Shown one piece after another: positions 6,564-9,658 of a stretch of DNA of 9,658 nt (positions within the stretch are counted from its first letter, which is position 1; every line of letters begins with the position of its first letter). The stretch is taken from the IMG/VR virus record IMGVR_UViG_2695420589_000013. One strand, 5' to 3'. The notes below the pieces were generated by a model. That model saw nothing but the letters and a program-made list of their open reading frames with translations. It was not told where the DNA came from and searched no databases. Made by a program: the position numbers and the translations under genes. The DNA is from a virus. Its lineage: Duplodnaviria > Heunggongvirae > Uroviricota > Caudoviricetes.

Positions 6564-8396
6564 ATGGCCCGCATGTTTGATACATTAGGATTTTACATTA
6601 TGAATGTGCAACATTTTGATTTTTTTACAGATAATGAGTTTTCTAATCTGGAAAGATATCAAACTTGTAAAGCCATGGCCAAAGGTTATGCGGGCAATTA
6701 CAAAACCGGGCAGTCAAGGTTGATGCATGCCCGCTCATACTGCTTCAGCATCGTAGCTGCATATTGGGATACCCTTGCAAAAAAGCAAAAAAGCAGCATT
6801 AAAATGAGGGCAGTACCGCACACTGTTTACATAGAAGACATTCCATGTGATGCACGCGAGCTCGCTGAACGAACAGGTGAGCTTATTGCTCAATTTCCGG
6901 CGGAGGACGCTGGATATCTGATTGGGTCAATTTATACGGTAATGCTGCCATCCGCTTACCGTTCGGAATTGGGGGCTTACTATACCCCCCCACCTTTGGT
7001 AGCGCGTCTCTTGGACCTGGCTGAAAAGTCTGGTGTTGATTTTTCTCATGCATCGGTTATTGATCCTGCGTGTGGTGGCGGTGCATTTTTGGCACCAGTA
7101 GCCATTCGAATGTTAAAAAAAGACAAGGGGTCTTCCCCTGAATGGATGTTGAGGAGAATCAGTCGTCGTTTAAAGGGGATAGAAATCGATCCATTTGCGG
7201 CTTGGATGAGTTTGGTATTGCTCGAATCTGTACTAATGCCACTATGTGTAAAGGTAAAACGTAGATTGCCTGAAGATACAATTATTGTTGCTGATGCGCT
7301 TCAGCAAGATAAATTTTCTGGTTATGATCTTGTGGTAGGGAATCCGCCTTACGGACGTGTCACTCTCGATATTAAAACGAGAGAAAAATATTCTCGTTCG
7401 TTATTTGGTCATGCAAATCTATATGGATTGTTCACCGACTTAGCTGTTCGCATGGTTAAAGAGAAAACAGGAGTTATTGCATTTCTTACGCCAACTTCTT
7501 TTCTTGGTGGGCAGTATTTCACCGCGCTGCGAACCCTTTTGACCGAAAAAACTACTCCGTATGCCCTTGATTTCGTCACTGACAGGGATGGGGTCTTTGA
7601 CGATGTTCTCCAGGAAACAATGTTGACAGCATTCAAGGCGGGAGAACATAAAGTTCGGGCCCAGGTATCCTCACTTGTCCCTAAGGGGTTGAACAAAGCA
7701 AAAATTGAGAAAATAGGTAATGTTGATATAGAAAAAGGTGGAGCAACGTGGCTTTTGCCACGCGTTAAAGATGATGCCTGTTTTCTTAATGTATTAAAAC
7801 AGATGTCTACGCGTTTAGCTGATCTGGGATACTCAGTCTCTACAGGTCAGTTAGTCTGGAATCGATTTAAGTCGCAGTTGCGTACGACGAAAGGAAAAAA
7901 TAGCTACCCATTAGTCTGGGCGGAATCAATAACTTCAGCTGGTTTTCGTTTTAGTGCAGACAGAAAAAATCATGTTCCCTATATCGATATAACCCCACAA
8001 CAGGGTTTCCTTGTGACAAAATCTGAATGTGTGCTTGTTCAGCGGACAACATCGAAGGAACAGGACAGAAGGATTTTAGCGGCAATTTTACCTCAGGGAT
8101 TTATAGATGAAACTGGTGGCGTAGTAGTTGAAAACCATATTAATATTGTATATTCAAACGGATTGTTCTCTGCGGTTCGCCCTGATGTTATTGATATGCT
8201 ACTTAATTCGCATGTTGTCGATCGGGCGTTCAGGTGTATAAGCGGAAGTGTTGCTGTTTCGGCCTATGAATTGAATTCAATCCCGTTGCCTTCTCTGGAG
8301 CAGGTGATGGAGATTCAATCGTTAATTGATGCTGGCGTCCACAGACGGATTATTGAGAGAACTATCGCTGGTTTCTATGGAGTGATGATTGCATGA
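6564..8396 (+). CDS. N6-adenine DNA methyltransferase, gamma class (Eco57I/TaqI-like catalytic domain plus a C-terminal target-recognition region), 610 aa. Start codon uncertain (alternatives at 6600, 6675, 6723)
   Basis: Motif X GAYYTPPP, motif I (AdoMet binding) VIDPACGGGAFL, and motif IV NPPYG (nt about 7338-7355) occur in the gamma-class order X-I-IV. Long C-terminal half consistent with a target-recognition domain. Stop overlaps the downstream gene (ATGA at 8393-8396). Confidence 0.85.
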   Translation: MARMFDTLGFYIMNVQHFDFFTDNEFSNLERYQTCKAMAKGYAGNYKTGQSRLMHARSYCFSIVAAYWDTLAKKQKSSIKMRAVPHTVYIEDIPCDARELAERTGELIAQFPAEDAGYLIGSIYTVMLPSAYRSELGAYYTPPPLVARLLDLAEKSGVDFSHASVIDPACGGGAFLAPVAIRMLKKDKGSSPEWMLRRISRRLKGIEIDPFAAWMSLVLLESVLMPLCVKVKRRLPEDTIIVADALQQDKFSGYDLVVGNPPYGRVTLDIKTREKYSRSLFGHANLYGLFTDLAVRMVKEKTGVIAFLTPTSFLGGQYFTALRTLLTEKTTPYALDFVTDRDGVFDDVLQETMLTAFKAGEHKVRAQVSSLVPKGLNKAKIEKIGNVDIEKGGATWLLPRVKDDACFLNVLKQMSTRLADLGYSVSTGQLVWNRFKSQLRTTKGKNSYPLVWAESITSAGFRFSADRKNHVPYIDITPQQGFLVTKSECVLVQRTTSKEQDRRILAAILPQGFIDETGGVVVENHINIVYSNGLFSAVRPDVIDMLLNSHVVDRAFRCISGSVAVSAYELNSIPLPSLEQVMEIQSLIDAGVHRRIIERTIAGFYGVMIA

Positions 8397-9475
8397 ATCT
8401 GCCTGTTGTTCCCCCATTGAATGTTATCCGGGAAAGATTACAATTAATTTTCCCTGAAGGGACTGAGAATCGTGGATATTTAATTCGGGAAATAGCTGCA
8501 AAAACAATTTTTGTCATGTTTTATGCTGGTGCGGTTGAGGGGCTGGGGCGATGGATAAGGCCCAGCCAGGTTGTAAGTATGGGAGATTCGCAGGCTGCTC
8601 TTACTGATGATGCGTCCAGAGAAAGCTGGGTAAAGATGACTTTCTCTAAACAAAAGATAAGGCCTGCTGATGCATGGTATGCGGAAAATACGCGTGAGCC
8701 AATACGTGATGAAACTATAAAAAATGGCCTAATACCTTGCAATGCAATTGTTGAGCGTAAAGGTATACCCACCACATCCTCTCGTCCTCGTTACAGTTTG
8801 AATCGCTCTTTTGCAGCACTCTTTGATGCCGGGCTTGAAGGAGATTCGCTGCTGAGTGCAATAAGTTCCTGGCAAGAAAATCATTTGAACAAAGCCGCTC
8901 TTGCTAGGTTGCGTTTATTGAAATCAGGGGCAGTGATTGCTGCTGATGCCGTAGTCGTCACTTTCCCAAATGGAGAGAAGAGAACTTTAGCTCCGGGCCC
9001 GTCAAGTACAATAGCTAAGGCCGTCATCGAAGTTTTTGCTCCTAATTTTCTTAAGAATCCAACTGTGCTCTGGTTGTCTGAATCCGGGAATAAAGTTGTT
9101 GCTCAGGATGATGTATTGGCAAAAGCATTGGGGCTGAATATTGATGCCTCAAAAGCACTTCCAGATATTATTTTGATTGATTTGGGAGAGGACCGAACGG
9201 GTTCGGACATGCTTGTAGTTTTCACTGAAGTAGTTGCGACAGATGGGCCTATAAACAGGGAACGAAAAGTTACTCTCACTCATTTGGCTATTGACGCTGG
9301 GTTCAGCGAGAAAAATCTTGCATTCCTTACGGCATTTATGGACAGAAGTGCTCTGCCTTTTAAAAAGGCAATACCAGAATTGGCGTGGGGATCTTATGCA
9401 TGGTTTGCTTCTGAACCGGAGCACTTAATTGATCTTCGGGATGGTTATCCGGTAAAGATCAGCCAGAGAAAATGA
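8393..9475 (+). CDS. Methyltransferase-coupled partner protein, 360 aa. Putative restriction endonuclease, possibly BsuBI/PstI-like. Function not provable from sequence alone
   Basis: Translationally coupled to the methyltransferase by a 4-bp overlap. Same low-GC composition. Size is typical of Type II restriction subunits. No canonical PD-(D/E)xK, HNH or GIY-YIG motif identified by eye. The BsuBI/PstI family guess is from recalled gene-neighbourhood patterns only. Confidence 0.55.
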   Translation: MNLPVVPPLNVIRERLQLIFPEGTENRGYLIREIAAKTIFVMFYAGAVEGLGRWIRPSQVVSMGDSQAALTDDASRESWVKMTFSKQKIRPADAWYAENTREPIRDETIKNGLIPCNAIVERKGIPTTSSRPRYSLNRSFAALFDAGLEGDSLLSAISSWQENHLNKAALARLRLLKSGAVIAADAVVVTFPNGEKRTLAPGPSSTIAKAVIEVFAPNFLKNPTVLWLSESGNKVVAQDDVLAKALGLNIDASKALPDIILIDLGEDRTGSDMLVVFTEVVATDGPINRERKVTLTHLAIDAGFSEKNLAFLTAFMDRSALPFKKAIPELAWGSYAWFASEPEHLIDLRDGYPVKISQRK

Positions 9476-9627
9476 CCAAAGTTTGATATCCGCCACGCCC
9501 TGAAGGATGGGGGTTTTACGGTGCACTGGATAAAAAATCGGTTTCATAGATTTGCCCACCGTGGTATACGCCTGCGATAAAAACTTTATTGTCATCAACG
9601 GCAAAAGCAATAATTGTTCTGTGGCGG

Positions 9628-9658
9628 GGTGATGCTGCCAACTTACTGATTTAGTGTA
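9628..9658 (+). mobile_element. Partial IS1 terminus: first 31 bp of an IS1 copy, starting with its terminal inverted repeat
   Basis: GGTGATGCTGCCAACTTACTGATTTAGTGTA matches the IS1 left end from memory. Same orientation as the IS1 fragment at 1-30. Confidence 0.75.

Noticed and set aside
7409-8775. Minus-strand ORFs inside the methyltransferase and partner genes (7409-7696, 7440-7649, 8521-8775)
   Set aside because: Embedded antisense within long ORFs that carry conserved methyltransferase motifs. Shadow ORFs.
9149-9610. Minus-strand ORFs at the right end (9149-9424, 9425-9610)
   Set aside because: The first is antisense to the partner gene. The second spans the short intergenic stretch before IS1 with no ribosome-binding site. 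It could be a remnant of a gene disrupted by IS1, but there is too little evidence.
1-9658. CRISPR arrays, tRNA or rRNA genes, integrase or attachment sites
   Set aside because: No regularly spaced direct repeats with unique spacers, no cloverleaf-like or rRNA-like segments, and no tyrosine or serine recombinase ORF was seen. The only repeat arrays are the iterons inside the initiator gene.

Overview
This 9.66-kb window reads as a Rac-type lambdoid prophage immunity and replication region from an enterobacterium (E. coli-like), bounded on both sides by IS1 termini in direct orientation (1-30 and 9628-9658). From left to right: (i) two small leftward genes; (ii) a leftward operon encoding an HTH regulator, a 64-aa antitoxin and a ParE/RelE toxin, i.e. 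a three-component PaaR-PaaA-ParE-like toxin-antitoxin module in the position lambda uses for cI-rexAB, bracketed by two clusters of a shared 15-bp operator-like palindrome; (iii) a divergent rightward operon with a Cro-like YdaS-type HTH protein, a YdaT-like protein, a replication initiator carrying internal GTCACG iterons (interrupted by two N-masked runs) and a DnaC-like helicase loader; (iv) three uncharacterised phage genes; (v) a clearly lower-GC two-gene cassette, a 610-aa gamma-class N6-adenine DNA methyltransferase translationally coupled to a 360-aa partner of unproven function. The cassette in (v) is the strongest candidate for a restriction-modification-like or otherwise undescribed defence module. 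No rRNA, tRNA or CRISPR array was seen. All functional calls rest on motifs, sizes and gene order read by eye; no database search was run.
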